Shown one piece after another: positions 19,259-30,033 of a stretch of 64,000 bases of DNA (positions within the stretch are counted from its first letter, which is position 1; each line of letters opens with the position of its first letter). The position numbers and the translations under genes are program-made. This stretch comes from an uncultured cyanobacterium (GTDB lineage Bacteria; Cyanobacteriota; Cyanobacteriia; Cyanobacteriales; CAWCAG01), in assembly GCA_963803805.1 (NCBI GenBank), contig CAWDOD010000010.1, positions 448,001 through 512,000 on the forward strand, read 5' to 3'. The notes below the pieces were generated by a model. The model was not told the DNA's origin. It made no database searches and saw nothing but the letters and a program-made list of their open reading frames with translations.

Positions 19259-20968
19259 TCAGTTTTCTAATTTGACTCTATCTTTAGAAAGCAATTTCCA
19301 CTCAGGAGAAATATCTGCTAGTTCTTTGACATTGAATAAAGCCAACTCTTTAAAAGTTTTGTAATCAAGCAATAGGTAAGGCTTCGACTCTAAATTCCAA
19401 CGCTGTTTTAACCAGTAGTGTTTAATTTCTTGGGGTGAAGGCTCTGGTGCTGCTTGCCAGTGTCTTTCCAACCAAGAAGTTCTTAATTGAGTCTGTTTGA
19501 GTGGGGACAGAGCAACAATTTGGCGATCACTATAAAAATCAAGAGATGAACTAAACTCAGAAGAAGTATAAATAAGCTGATTTTCTGGTACAGAACTTTT
19601 AATAACCTTAGCAAGTTTCTCCACCGGATAAGTTTGATTTAAACCGCTAATCCAGTGAGGAGAAAGAACTAATAATAAAAGTGATATATAAATTCCCCAG
19701 AATAGCATTGGGATAAACTGCCGATCTTGTCGCTCAATTAGTATGGTAACTACACCTAAAGTAAGAGCTACCGAAGCAAAAATAACTACCAAAGAATTGT
19801 CCGCAGCATAGGCAATACTAAAATAAATAGAAGCTAAGCCACTAAATGAAGTTAATAAACCAAAAATAACAGTCCAAGAGCGTGGATAAACAGCAAAACT
19901 AGGTAAGGTATAAATCTGTGCTAACTGAGCGCCTCCAGCTAAAGCTAGGGAGGGATACATCGGTAAAACACTCCAAGGAGTTGGGCTTAATAAAAAAGAA
20001 GCCGCTACAAAATAAAATATCGTCCAAACTAAAACTAATTTAGCCCAACTCCAAGTACAATCTATCCAAGCTTGTTTGAAGCCGTAGAGCGAGAAAAACA
20101 ACCATGGCCAAGAATACTTGAGTATTTCTCCCAAGTGATACCAAGGATAAGTATTATGAGTACCTAAATTATGCCAAGTATCTTCAAGATACTGACCAAT
20201 TGCTACTTTGCTAATCAAGGGTAGCTCGTAGTGGAAAGATTGAGCTAAATACCAAAAAGTAATAGGCATACTTCCTAGAATTAAACCAAACCAGAGGTAT
20301 ATAGAACTTAATAATCTAGGTGTATCCCAAGCTAAAAAACAGATAATAATCGCTCCAATTAATAATCCCTCTGTTTTTTGGGCTAAGAACATTAAGCTGA
20401 AGCCAATTCCTGCTAACAAAGTCCATCTAAGATCACGACGGGAGCGTAAAATACATAGAATTGTCAAAGTTTCAAAACATAGTAAAGGTCCTTCCAAGAT
20501 AGCTAAGCGACCGTAGCAAACCACAGGTAAAAAAGTTAAGTAAATTAAAGCAGCAAAAATTCCCGGAATGCGGTTGGAGAAAATTTCCCTGCCAATGCTA
20601 TAAACCAAAGGTACAGAAATAGCGGTTAGCAAAGCTGTAGGCAAACGTGTTGTCCATTCATCAATACCAAACCAAGAGTAAAAAATAGCAATTAAACCCT
20701 CAATTAGAGGGGGGTGATGCAAATAAGGTATTTTCCATAGAGTAGGAAATAACCATTGCCAACTTAGGGGGGGAGCTAAACTAATTTCCTTAGCTACTTG
20801 GGCTATAACTCCTTCATTTCCATCTTGTAAAGGCAGATTATTGAGGTTAGTACCGAATAAGACAAAAGCAGCTAAAAATAAACCACAAATCCAGAGCCAT
20901 TCGAGCCAATAGTCATGACTACGTAGATTCTTTTCTGGACGATCCCCGACAAAAATTTGACGTTCCAT
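19259..20968 (-). CDS. ArnT/PMT-like (GT83/GT39) membrane glycosyltransferase
   Basis: Multi-TM protein with EGVIAQVAKE, PYLHHPPL and EWTTRLP motifs. Confidence 0.8.
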   Translation of the reverse strand: MERQIFVGDRPEKNLRSHDYWLEWLWICGLFLAAFVLFGTNLNNLPLQDGNEGVIAQVAKEISLAPPLSWQWLFPTLWKIPYLHHPPLIEGLIAIFYSWFGIDEWTTRLPTALLTAISVPLVYSIGREIFSNRIPGIFAALIYLTFLPVVCYGRLAILEGPLLCFETLTILCILRSRRDLRWTLLAGIGFSLMFLAQKTEGLLIGAIIICFLAWDTPRLLSSIYLWFGLILGSMPITFWYLAQSFHYELPLISKVAIGQYLEDTWHNLGTHNTYPWYHLGEILKYSWPWLFFSLYGFKQAWIDCTWSWAKLVLVWTIFYFVAASFLLSPTPWSVLPMYPSLALAGGAQLAQIYTLPSFAVYPRSWTVIFGLLTSFSGLASIYFSIAYAADNSLVVIFASVALTLGVVTILIERQDRQFIPMLFWGIYISLLLLVLSPHWISGLNQTYPVEKLAKVIKSSVPENQLIYTSSEFSSSLDFYSDRQIVALSPLKQTQLRTSWLERHWQAAPEPSPQEIKHYWLKQRWNLESKPYLLLDYKTFKELALFNVKELADISPEWKLLSKDRVKLEN

Positions 20969-21218
20969 ACGACCCCAAAACTCTTAAGATTACTTTTTCT
21001 TGCTATTGCTGAATTGATTACCTCTTTAACTATATAAACTCGCCTGCTCCGGGAGTGAGGTGTTAGAATACGCGGGGTGAATAGAAATTCCCAAGTTTAA
21101 TTTATTTTATTTAAAAATTTTTCAGAACTTATCGGTATTTGTTTTCCTATTTTAAGCCCATTAGAGCTTATGAGATTGAAAGCAACAAACCAAATAAATA
21201 CTCTGCGATATCAAGCCT

Positions 21219-23141
21219 ATGGAAGGATCTTTTGAACTGACCCTACAAATAGTAATTACTGTCGTTGCAGGAATTAGCGCTCAGGTTTTGGCTGAATATC
21301 TTAGAGTACCTAGCATCGTCTTCCTACTAATTTTCGGTATCTTGTTGGGTACGGACGGTTTGGGAGTATTACATCCTCACGAATTAGGAGTTGGTTTAGA
21401 GGTTATTGTTGCTCTCTCTGTTGCTGTAATCCTGTTTGAGGGAGGACTCAACCTTGAGTTACGGGCCTTAAATAAAGTATCTGGTAGTCTTCGCAACTTG
21501 GTTACTTTAGGAACTCTTATCACTCTCTTGGGGGGAGGAATGGCAGCCCATTGGCTAGGGGAATTTCCTTGGTCAATTGCTTTTCTCTACGCTTCTTTAA
21601 TTGTAGTTACTGGGCCTACCGTCATTAGTCCTTTACTTAAACACGTTGAAGTTGACAGGCAAGTAGCAACTTTATTAGAAGGAGAAGGGGTTTTAATAGA
21701 CCCAGTGGGAGCAATCCTCGCAGTTGTTGTTCTTGACACCATCTTGAACAGCGATGCTGGTGCTATTCAGGTGGCTAGTGGTCTAGTACTGCGCTTGGGT
21801 ATTGGTGTGGCTATCGGTGTGCTAGGGGGTTGGTTATTAGGCTTGATTCTCAAGGGTACTAGTTTCTTATCAGAAGAATTAAAAAATTTGGTAGTTCTTG
21901 CAGTAGTATGGGGTCTTTTTGGTATTTCCCAAACTATTCGTAGTGAGTCGGGGCTGATGTCTACTGTAGTAGCGGGAATTGTCCTAAGAGCTTCCTCTGT
22001 ACCAGAAGAACGCTTGTTGAGGAGATTTAAGGGACAGCTAACAGTTTTAGGAGTATCGGTTTTATTTATTCTCTTAGCAGCAGATCTGTCCATTGCTAGT
22101 ATTTTTGCTCTCGGTTGGGGAAGCATTTTTACTGTTCTGTCTTTGATGTTGATAGTCAGACCAATCAGTGTTCATTTGTGTACCTGGAATGGGGGCTTAA
22201 ATTGGCGACAAAAGCTATTTGTATCTTGGGTTGCTCCTAGGGGAATAGTTTCTGCCTCTGTGGCTTCTTTATTTGCTATTCTGCTTACTCAAAGGGGAGT
22301 TAACGGAGGAGATTCTATTAAGGCTCTCGTTTTCTTAACTATTACCATGACAGTATTTGTCCAAGGGCTATCAGCGCGTTGGGTGGCTAATTGGTTACAA
22401 ATAAACTCTTCTGAAGCAACTGGGGCAGTTATTGTGGGTTGCAATGCTTTGGGGCGTATGATTGGTCGCTTGTTTCAAGAGCAAGGTGAATCTGTAGTTT
22501 TGATTGATACAGATCCAGAAGCTTGCCAGAAAGCTGAAGCAGAAAACTTAACAGTGTTTCAAAGTAGTGGTTTAGATCCTGATGCCTTAGAAGAAGCGGG
22601 CATCGAGTCTATGGGAACTTTCTTAGCTGTAACTAGCAATGGTGAAGTTAATATGGTGTTAGCCCAAAGAGCTTCTGAGGAATTTCAACCTCCCCGGGTT
22701 TTAGCTGTATTTCCCCATAATCCAGAGGGAAATAATCCAGGAAACAAAACGAAAAAAAACAAAATCAATCAAGCTTTTATTGCTCAGTTACCAATTAAAA
22801 TCTGGAATCAGTATCTCAGTAACGGCCAGGTTAAACTAGGGAAAACAGTATTTAAAGAGCAAGGGTTTTCTTTTCAACAAGCTCATTTTAAAGCTCTCAT
22901 TCGCTCAGGGGAGCTTTTACCTTTGCTATTAAAGCGAGAGCGGAAACTTCAAGTGGTAAAAGCATCTGAAGAATGGCAAGTAGGAGATGAAATTATCTAC
23001 TTGCTACATGACCCTCGGCCAAAGCTCTTAAAACGCTTGTCTGGTGGTAGTCAATCCTCTCGGTTAGCTTTAGAGAAGTTGTCGGAAGTAGAAGAAGTAC
23101 CTATTGCTTCAGTATCTACTGAACCAGCTCTAGGTAAATAA
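21219..23141 (+). CDS. Cation:proton antiporter (NhaP/CPA1) with TrkA-N domain
   Basis: ILFEGGL, TGPTV, LEGEGVLIDP and APRGIV motifs plus a C-terminal IVGCNALG Rossmann domain. Confidence 0.9.
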   Translation: MEGSFELTLQIVITVVAGISAQVLAEYLRVPSIVFLLIFGILLGTDGLGVLHPHELGVGLEVIVALSVAVILFEGGLNLELRALNKVSGSLRNLVTLGTLITLLGGGMAAHWLGEFPWSIAFLYASLIVVTGPTVISPLLKHVEVDRQVATLLEGEGVLIDPVGAILAVVVLDTILNSDAGAIQVASGLVLRLGIGVAIGVLGGWLLGLILKGTSFLSEELKNLVVLAVVWGLFGISQTIRSESGLMSTVVAGIVLRASSVPEERLLRRFKGQLTVLGVSVLFILLAADLSIASIFALGWGSIFTVLSLMLIVRPISVHLCTWNGGLNWRQKLFVSWVAPRGIVSASVASLFAILLTQRGVNGGDSIKALVFLTITMTVFVQGLSARWVANWLQINSSEATGAVIVGCNALGRMIGRLFQEQGESVVLIDTDPEACQKAEAENLTVFQSSGLDPDALEEAGIESMGTFLAVTSNGEVNMVLAQRASEEFQPPRVLAVFPHNPEGNNPGNKTKKNKINQAFIAQLPIKIWNQYLSNGQVKLGKTVFKEQGFSFQQAHFKALIRSGELLPLLLKRERKLQVVKASEEWQVGDEIIYLLHDPRPKLLKRLSGGSQSSRLALEKLSEVEEVPIASVSTEPALGK

Positions 23142-23256
23142 AGTTTGGGTGAATTTAAACTTTATGAAATACTTAAAGTTGCCATCTTCTATAAAGGTTT
23201 CTTGGGAAGTATTTGCCTTATTATGAATGTATATAGTCAGTAGAAGTAAAAAAATT

Positions 23257-23379
23257 ATGGATGTCAAATTGGTTTTGATAGTTTTAACAGCCGTTTTTAC
23301 TGTATCTAGCCTCTTTTTCGCTACCAAGAATGGATTTTATGATTCAGATAACTATCATGGTAATGGTTCTGCTCACTGA
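23257..23379 (+). CDS. ndhP: NDH-1L small subunit NdhP (40 aa)
   Basis: Not in the ORF track. MDVKLVLIVLTAVFTVSSLFFATKNGFYDSDNYHGNGSAH carries the characteristic NGFYD..YHGNGSAH tail. Confidence 0.92.
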   Translation: MDVKLVLIVLTAVFTVSSLFFATKNGFYDSDNYHGNGSAH

Positions 23380-23437
23380 AATCTCATAACTATTTAAACA
23401 AACACCAAGGTTGTGAATACTATAGCTGGAGGGGAGC

Positions 23438-25054
23438 ATGAGTAGAAATGACCAGGTATCCTCTGATGCTGAGACTCAGCTAAGTTGTTTGCCCTATGGT
23501 TCAGGACATAGTTCTGAAGGAGTATGTCTTTTAGTTCAAATGGGTCCTCATCGCATTCTTCTTGATTGCGGTTTAGAAGATATTTCTGCTCTCCAAAATA
23601 TTCAACCTCCAGCAGAGATGGTTTTTTGTACCCATGCTCATACAGACCATGCTCAAGGGATTTGGCCGTTATACCAAACTTTTCCTCAAATACCAATTTA
23701 TGCTAGTGAAGTAACAGCAGAACTTTTACCCCTTAACTGGCCTGACTTACCCTCGCAGGAGATGAACAAGTTTTGCCAAGGCTTACCTTGGTATGCTCCT
23801 ATAGAATTTGCTGATAATTTAGTAGCTCAACTTTTTCCTGCGGGGCATTTACCAGGAGCCGCAGCTATTGCCCTTACTTACACTAGTTATCAACGTTCCT
23901 ATACTTTAGTCTATACAGGAGATTTTTTTCTCTCTAACTCTCAGTTGGTAGAGGGGCTATCGGTGGAGGCTTTGCGTAGCTTATCTCCAGATGTGCTGAT
24001 TGTAGAAGGTACTTATGGTACAGCAAGACATCCCCATCGCAGGCAACAAGAAAAACAATTAATGGAACGAATCAATCAAGCTATTGCTCAAAATAAGAGT
24101 GTCTTGATGCCTGTTCCTCCTTTGGGTTTAGGGCAAGAAATCCTCAAACTTTTACGCTCTCATCACCAATTCACAGGTCGAGACTTAGATATATGGGTGG
24201 ATGAAAAAGTTGCTAGAGGTTGTGATCGCTACTTAACTCTTTTATCTGAATTTCCAGCCTCAGTTCAGAACTTTGCTAAACATCAACCTCTATTTTGGGA
24301 TGAACGAGTTCGCCCCAGAATGCGTCGTCTTGATAATTGGCAACAAATTCTTCAATTTGACCAAAAACCATGTCTTCTCCTGACAGATATTAGTGGTGAT
24401 TGGCAAAATCATCGCTACTTTGAGGAAGATTCGTGGTTAATATTACTACCAGAGTATCTCGAATATTTAGTCAATGGGGAATTTAACCAAAAGTTGAGGG
24501 TAGAGAACTATCTCCTCACACAACACAGCGATCGCCAAGGAACAACGCAGTTAATTCATAACTTGCGACCTCAACACGTTGTTTTTATCCACGGTTCCCC
24601 GGCATATTTAGCAGACTTAACTAGTCTAGAAGAGTTGCAAAACCGCTACCATTTACATTCTCCCCCAGCAGGTAGTTTGGTAGAACTTCCTATTGGAGAA
24701 ACCTTCATTCAACCAGCCCCTCCCCCAGAAATTTATTATGAAGGACAATTGAGTGAACTAGAAACAGGAGTGAACATCACCTTACCTACTTCTATTGCTA
24801 CCGACTCGCGCTGGAATAACTTTGGTGATACGGGATTAATAGAAGCTCGTTGGCAGGGAGAGGATCTCGTTTTACGGGGTTTATCCCAAAGAGAATTACT
24901 AAGTCAGAGCAGTGATGCCAGGATTATCGCAGAGGTGGATTGCTGCGGTAACTGCCTTCATCAAAAGGGTCAACGTTGCTGGAATCAAGCTTCTCCACTT
25001 TATGGATTCAAGGTAACTCCAGATGGATATTGTCCTGTTTTTGAATCTGAATAA
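23438..25054 (+). CDS. MBL-fold (beta-CASP-like) metallo-hydrolase with C-terminal Cys cluster
   Basis: LLDCG, THAHTDH, AGHLPGA, YTGDF and EGTYG motifs; C-terminal CCGNC...C...C. Confidence 0.85.
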   Translation: MSRNDQVSSDAETQLSCLPYGSGHSSEGVCLLVQMGPHRILLDCGLEDISALQNIQPPAEMVFCTHAHTDHAQGIWPLYQTFPQIPIYASEVTAELLPLNWPDLPSQEMNKFCQGLPWYAPIEFADNLVAQLFPAGHLPGAAAIALTYTSYQRSYTLVYTGDFFLSNSQLVEGLSVEALRSLSPDVLIVEGTYGTARHPHRRQQEKQLMERINQAIAQNKSVLMPVPPLGLGQEILKLLRSHHQFTGRDLDIWVDEKVARGCDRYLTLLSEFPASVQNFAKHQPLFWDERVRPRMRRLDNWQQILQFDQKPCLLLTDISGDWQNHRYFEEDSWLILLPEYLEYLVNGEFNQKLRVENYLLTQHSDRQGTTQLIHNLRPQHVVFIHGSPAYLADLTSLEELQNRYHLHSPPAGSLVELPIGETFIQPAPPPEIYYEGQLSELETGVNITLPTSIATDSRWNNFGDTGLIEARWQGEDLVLRGLSQRELLSQSSDARIIAEVDCCGNCLHQKGQRCWNQASPLYGFKVTPDGYCPVFESE

Positions 25055-25077
25055 CCTTTGAATAAACTGGAATACAA

Positions 25078-25389
25078 CTACTCTTGATTGGAGTCTGGGG
25101 AATGAGGGTGTATTTGCTCAGCCTCTGGACATTCATCAGAAATAAGAACGTCTATATTTCCCCTCGGTACAGAAGCTAGCTTGCGAGTTATAGCTCCAAT
25201 ACTCTCTAAACGCACCATTTCTTCCCAAGAACTTATTTCGTCATCTTCATCAATTTCATAGCGAATAGTAACTAAATCACCTTCAAGATGAAGGATGCGA
25301 GCGCCTTCTATCCAGCGCTGCTGGTCCCGCAAAAAAATACAAACTTCATGACCATCTGCACAGAGTTGATAAATCTTGCGGTGTAGCAT
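25078..25389 (-). CDS. Conserved cyanobacterial hypothetical protein (DUF6679-like)
   Basis: MLHRKIYQLC...FLRDQQRWIE recalled as a cyanobacterial family. Confidence 0.7.
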   Translation of the reverse strand: MLHRKIYQLCADGHEVCIFLRDQQRWIEGARILHLEGDLVTIRYEIDEDDEISSWEEMVRLESIGAITRKLASVPRGNIDVLISDECPEAEQIHPHSPDSNQE

Positions 25390-25612
25390 AGGTTAATTCT
25401 CCTAAGCAAAAAATCTTCTTGCAATTTTCGTGACAATATTAGGTTAACTTGACTTGAATTTGAGTATAAATCTCAAAAAGCAGTAATTGTAATTTAATCT
25501 AAATTTATGGTCAAATTTTTCTTTCTAATGGAGTGTTAAGCCTAAGATTATAATGCTATTGTTACACAATATTGACTATAAATGTTGGCGATACAGAGGG
25601 AATATTTATTAT

Positions 25613-26551
25613 TCAGAGCAAAGCTGGAGAGAATTCATACTTTTGCAAAATAGCACTAATTTCTGAGGCAACCCTATCCGTTCTTTCCACCATGGACATA
25701 TGGCCACAATCAGATATTTCTACAACGTTATCACTACAATTACCAAACAACCGATGGAAACTAGCTAGATGATGAACATATTGGAGTTCCATAACTTTGT
25801 CCTTCGCACCAGCTAGAAAATAAACTGGCTGCTTCAGACGAGAGACGATTTGAGGCAAAAGATGAACTTCTTTTTCTGTTGTTGAATCTAGTAAAGCTCC
25901 TAAAGCAGCCTGGGCATCCGCAGTTACAAAATCGATTAGTCTTTGCTGCCCCCATTGTCGATTAAGAGGACGCTCTACCATGATTCTGGAAAATACCAAA
26001 TCCAGTAAGGGAACATATCTAAGCCAGGAAGGACGACGTTTAACTAGTTGTTTCCCCACAGAGCGAAAGCGTTCAAACTCTTCTTTAAGATAAATACCGC
26101 CTCCAGAATTTAAGCAAATAATGCCTTTAACTTGCTCAGGAAAAAGTTCTGCTCCCCATACAGCTATGCTTCCTCCTAATGAATGACCTATAAGCCAGGC
26201 TTGTTCTATGTCAAGCTTTTCGAGTAGAAAATGTAAGTCTTTCGCATAGGCAGCTAAAGTGTAATTTCCTCTACTGGCATCTTGGGTATTTTGAGAATTT
26301 GAGGTAGGGAAACAGAAATCCCGAAAACTTTTTGGTTGATTGGCTGGGGAATTTTGTTGAGACTCTCCAAATCCTCTCAAGTCGTAAGTCAAGCATTGAT
26401 AACTCGTTGATAACTTCTCAACAAGAGGGTTCCAATACCGACGGCTCAAAAGCCAGCCATGGATAAAAACTAATACAGCTTTGGATGGTTGAGGAACAGG
26501 GGGTGTGAGTTCATAAGCATGAGGCACTCCCAAAATATCTATCATTACCAT
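25613..26551 (-). CDS. Alpha/beta hydrolase
   Basis: FIHGW, YDLRGFGES, GHSLGG and CGHMSM motifs. Confidence 0.9.
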   Translation of the reverse strand: MVMIDILGVPHAYELTPPVPQPSKAVLVFIHGWLLSRRYWNPLVEKLSTSYQCLTYDLRGFGESQQNSPANQPKSFRDFCFPTSNSQNTQDASRGNYTLAAYAKDLHFLLEKLDIEQAWLIGHSLGGSIAVWGAELFPEQVKGIICLNSGGGIYLKEEFERFRSVGKQLVKRRPSWLRYVPLLDLVFSRIMVERPLNRQWGQQRLIDFVTADAQAALGALLDSTTEKEVHLLPQIVSRLKQPVYFLAGAKDKVMELQYVHHLASFHRLFGNCSDNVVEISDCGHMSMVERTDRVASEISAILQKYEFSPALL

Positions 26552-26576
26552 ATGTTAATCGTATCAGTTATAGCCT

Positions 26577-27305
26577 CTAAAATTGCTGACCAAGTAATCT
26601 TTGTCGTACGCTTTCAGCAATTTTTTGGCCAAGATATTCAGGAATCAAGCTTTCGTTAGGCCCTAGCAAATAGAGGATCAAGCGAGTACGGCCACGCCAA
26701 ACTAGTAAATTAGCGTTGACAACCAGTAAGTCTTCTTGCCAAATGGTATACATCACTTTGTAAAAGAGTCCAGGCTGGTTATCTGCTTCTATTAACAGTG
26801 CAGGAAGATGAAAAACCGGATCAATATAAAACTCTGTTTCCACTTGTTCTAAGCCGGCATTAAGATTAAATTCTACCGCTAGCATTTCTTCTACTTCAAA
26901 TCTTCCTGCTAGTGCTTCTCTAATAGCTCGACAGACGTTATCTGCTGTTTGCTCTGTTAAAGCTTTGCTGCCGCGAGAAACCACTAATTTGAGAAATACC
27001 AACATCGGTGGCTTTATTTGACCGTAAAGGCTCAAACTACTGTGAATAGTTAATCCATAGGCATGAAGTACACCAAAAATATCACTGAGTAAAAAAGACT
27101 GATTGCGGTAAGCAAAGTGTAAAGCACTTTTAGAGCCTTCTGGTTTAAGTTCGATTACCGCTCGCTTAGTTCGGTATAGCCGATATGCTAACCGCAGGTT
27201 CTGTAGTTGTATTTCACTACTAACAAACTGTTCATAGAACTTGGGAAACGCTCTATTAAAGCGCTTTAAGAGTTCCAAAGTAGATGATTTTAAACCCGCA
27301 GTCAT
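26577..27305 (-). CDS. Conserved protein with two ACT-like segments
   Basis: RNQSFLLSDIFGVLHAYGLTI and ADNQPGLFYKVMYTIWQEDL resemble ACT domains. Confidence 0.6.
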   Translation of the reverse strand: MTAGLKSSTLELLKRFNRAFPKFYEQFVSSEIQLQNLRLAYRLYRTKRAVIELKPEGSKSALHFAYRNQSFLLSDIFGVLHAYGLTIHSSLSLYGQIKPPMLVFLKLVVSRGSKALTEQTADNVCRAIREALAGRFEVEEMLAVEFNLNAGLEQVETEFYIDPVFHLPALLIEADNQPGLFYKVMYTIWQEDLLVVNANLLVWRGRTRLILYLLGPNESLIPEYLGQKIAESVRQRLLGQQF

Positions 27306-27579
27306 AAGGGTTATAGGTCTTGCCTGATAGGATGAACAAGGAGCAATGCCAGATTTTTAACTAGCTCCTTTAAAGTTTTTGATAAACCCAGTCTAATTCA
27401 AATCATGCTATGGCTGGGCTTACTCGGAGATGAGTATAGGTAAAGATAAGATATCTTTGTTGTGCTAATATCTAAATCGTGGATTTTAAGTTAGATTAAT
27501 AATTTAGTCCACAATTTGGGAATCTTGTGTTAACTTACCTTAGCGCAGCAAAGAAATCACCTAACTTAGCCAAATAGGC

Positions 27580-28104
27580 ATGGGGTTTTGGAAAAACTTA
27601 TTTAGTAACTCTGATGCTGTTGCTGCATCAGCAACAATAGCCCCTGATAACGAGACGTTTCAGGGAATCAATGCTAACATCCGCCAGCCGAAGATACTAT
27701 TTAGTACAGATCGAGAACTCGATTTGTATGAGTTAGAGGAGTTGTGTGATGCTGTCGGTTGGTCTCGTCGCCCTCTCCGGAAAGTCAAAAAAGCTCTCCA
27801 GCATAGTTTTTTGGTTGTATCTATGTGGGAAGTTAAAGGCAATAGGAGACGTTTGATTGGCTTTGCTAGAGCAACATCTGATTATGCCTTTAATGCAACA
27901 ATCTGGGATGTTGTGGTTCATCCTGACTATCAGGGCAAAGGATTTGGCAAAGGGTTAATGAAATATATAATCAAAAAACTTAAAGGAGAAGATATTAGTA
28001 ATATTACTCTTTTTGCAGATCCTCAAGTAGTGGATTTTTATCGCCAACTTGGTTTCATTTTAGATCCAGAAGGTATCAAAGGTATGTTCTGGTATCCCGA
28101 CTAA
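27580..28104 (+). CDS. GNAT N-acetyltransferase (Ycf52-like)
   Basis: [17 protein letters not shown] and FYRQLGF motifs. Confidence 0.88.
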   Translation: MGFWKNLFSNSDAVAASATIAPDNETFQGINANIRQPKILFSTDRELDLYELEELCDAVGWSRRPLRKVKKALQHSFLVVSMWEVKGNRRRLIGFARATSDYAFNATIWDVVVHPDYQGKGFGKGLMKYIIKKLKGEDISNITLFADPQVVDFYRQLGFILDPEGIKGMFWYPD

Positions 28105-28163
28105 ACTTGATGAGCTTTCTAGTCAAAAACCAGAAAGCAAGTTATACTAGATTGGCTATGTTA

Positions 28164-28237
28164 CGGGATGTAGCGCAGCTTGGTAGCGCGCCTGCTTTGG
28201 GAGCAGGATGTCGCAGGTTCAAATCCTGTCATCCCGA
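28164..28237 (+). tRNA. tRNA-Pro (UGG)
   Basis: Acceptor stem CGGGATG/CATCCCG, D-arm, anticodon arm CCTGC-TTTGGGA-GCAGG and T-loop GGTTCAAATCC. No encoded CCA. Confidence 0.97.
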
Positions 28238-28400
28238 TGAAAGATTTTTAATAAACAATTAAAGTGGTATTTTAATAGCGCTTCACGATTAATATAAATG
28301 AACCTTCGTCCAGATAAAGTTCTATCATGGGGCTGGAACTTCCATTAATTGAGTGAAGTCAGAACTTACCACCAGGGTTAATATAAAGTAAAGTTGAGCA

Positions 28401-29126
28401 ATGGAATTTTTAACTAACAAGAGTACAGCCCTAAGTTTGATTAGTAGCATTTTTATAAGCTCTATCTGTGCTTTTAACCAACAAGCTTTAGCTATGCCAG
28501 AAGCAGAAATTGTTGATAAATTAAGAACAATAGTTGTATTCGCTATAGTTAATGAGCAAGGCTCTCCTTTAATAACCTTGGTAGATAATAAGATTAGGGA
28601 GAAGCCAGTATTTGTGAGCAAAAATGATGCTCAAGGTTTTATTAACAGAAGACAAGCTTTGAGCAAAAGCGAACTTGTGGAACAATTACAAGTTAGGGCA
28701 GTTTCCCTAGCAGATATTTATCAAATCACCCAAGAGGATTCTCAAAAGCTCAATAGCCCTAGATTTCGTCTTACTCCTAGGTCTAATACCGTTTTTTCAG
28801 CTAGAGAAATTTCAGATGGGCGAGAGATTTTTCAGGTAGTACCTCTGTTTTATGTTTATACTAAACAGGATTCTCTGCAAATTTCTTATTTAGAAAGAAA
28901 GGAGGGAAATAAATCAGTAATTCCTTTATTTTTTGAAAAAAAAGCTGCTGAGGAAATGATAGCTAAATTCCAGCAAGAACATCCAAATTTAACTCTTCAG
29001 TTAGAGATCGGCTTCACTTCTTTAGAAGTAATATTAGAGCGTTTTGAAAGAGAAGATAACGAAACAGTACGCAAAATGGTTTTAGAGCCAACAGAAGAAT
29101 CCTTAGAGTTTTTGAGATCCTTGTAG
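28401..29126 (+). CDS. Tic22-like protein (divergent paralogue)
   Basis: Signal peptide ALA-MPEAEIVDKL, then GSPL, VPLFY and IPLFFEK motifs. Confidence 0.75.
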   Translation: MEFLTNKSTALSLISSIFISSICAFNQQALAMPEAEIVDKLRTIVVFAIVNEQGSPLITLVDNKIREKPVFVSKNDAQGFINRRQALSKSELVEQLQVRAVSLADIYQITQEDSQKLNSPRFRLTPRSNTVFSAREISDGREIFQVVPLFYVYTKQDSLQISYLERKEGNKSVIPLFFEKKAAEEMIAKFQQEHPNLTLQLEIGFTSLEVILERFEREDNETVRKMVLEPTEESLEFLRSL

Positions 29127-29222
29127 AGGAAACTAGTAGGTAAGTTTAGAAGTCAATTATTTATGTCCTAGCAATATTACTTAAAGTAATACTTTCCGAA
29201 TTACAAATAATTTTTGAGGTAA

Positions 29223-30020
29223 TTGAACATGAAAGCATTAATTCGTTTTGCTGCTACACTAGGTTTGGTCAGTAGCACTTTGGTGGGAGTCGTTTTTGGC
29301 ATTAGTCCTAGTTCTATAGCTTTACCGGAAACCGAAGTTATTGATAATTTGCAAGGGGTTCCTATCTATAGCATTACTGATAGTGAAGGCTTACCCTTGT
29401 TAACGGTTAGAGAAGGGCAAGAAAAGGGTATTGCTAACTTGTTTTTGAGTTTGAAGGATGCTGAAGCAGCTATTGAGCAGCTAAAGCAAACTAATCCAGA
29501 CATTGCTCAGCAAGCACAGTTAGTTATTGTTTCTCTACCAGATATTTATCAAAAAGTAAAGGAAGCTGCCCAACAATCTGATAGCCCTGATTTCCGGTTT
29601 GTACCGATGCAGCAAGAGGTTAATTCTGCTGTTAGTCTTCTCAAACAGCAAGGGCAAGAAGTAAGTCAGTTTCGGGGAGTGCCACTATTTTTTGCTACAG
29701 TAGAAGTCCAACGGGAAGGGCAGTCAGCAAAACAAGAAATCTACTTGCCTGCACCAGGAAGTGATCAAATCCCCCTCTTTTTTGAACAAGAACAAGCCCA
29801 AAAATTAGCAGAACTTTTTAAGCAGCAGGAACCAGGAATGGCTTCAGATGTAAAAATCAGGGTTTTGCCTTTGGAGTATGTAATTGAGCTTTTTGAAAAT
29901 GAAAGCGGTGAGGCGATCAAAAATATGTTCCTGGTTAGATCCCAAGAAGCAGAATCTTTAGTGCAAGAATTACTTAAGCAGCAAGGAGAGGCTCAACCCG
30001 GTAACAACCCTGGAAATTAA
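29223..30020 (+). CDS. Tic22-like protein
   Basis: IALPETEVIDNLQGVPIY, FVPMQQEV, FRGVPLF and IPLFFE motifs. Confidence 0.82.
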   Translation: MNMKALIRFAATLGLVSSTLVGVVFGISPSSIALPETEVIDNLQGVPIYSITDSEGLPLLTVREGQEKGIANLFLSLKDAEAAIEQLKQTNPDIAQQAQLVIVSLPDIYQKVKEAAQQSDSPDFRFVPMQQEVNSAVSLLKQQGQEVSQFRGVPLFFATVEVQREGQSAKQEIYLPAPGSDQIPLFFEQEQAQKLAELFKQQEPGMASDVKIRVLPLEYVIELFENESGEAIKNMFLVRSQEAESLVQELLKQQGEAQPGNNPGN

Positions 30021-30033
30021 GGTTAAAAAGGGG

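Noticed and set aside
23130-23327. 65-aa minus-strand ORF
   Set aside because: Antisense to ndhP, which has a diagnostic motif.
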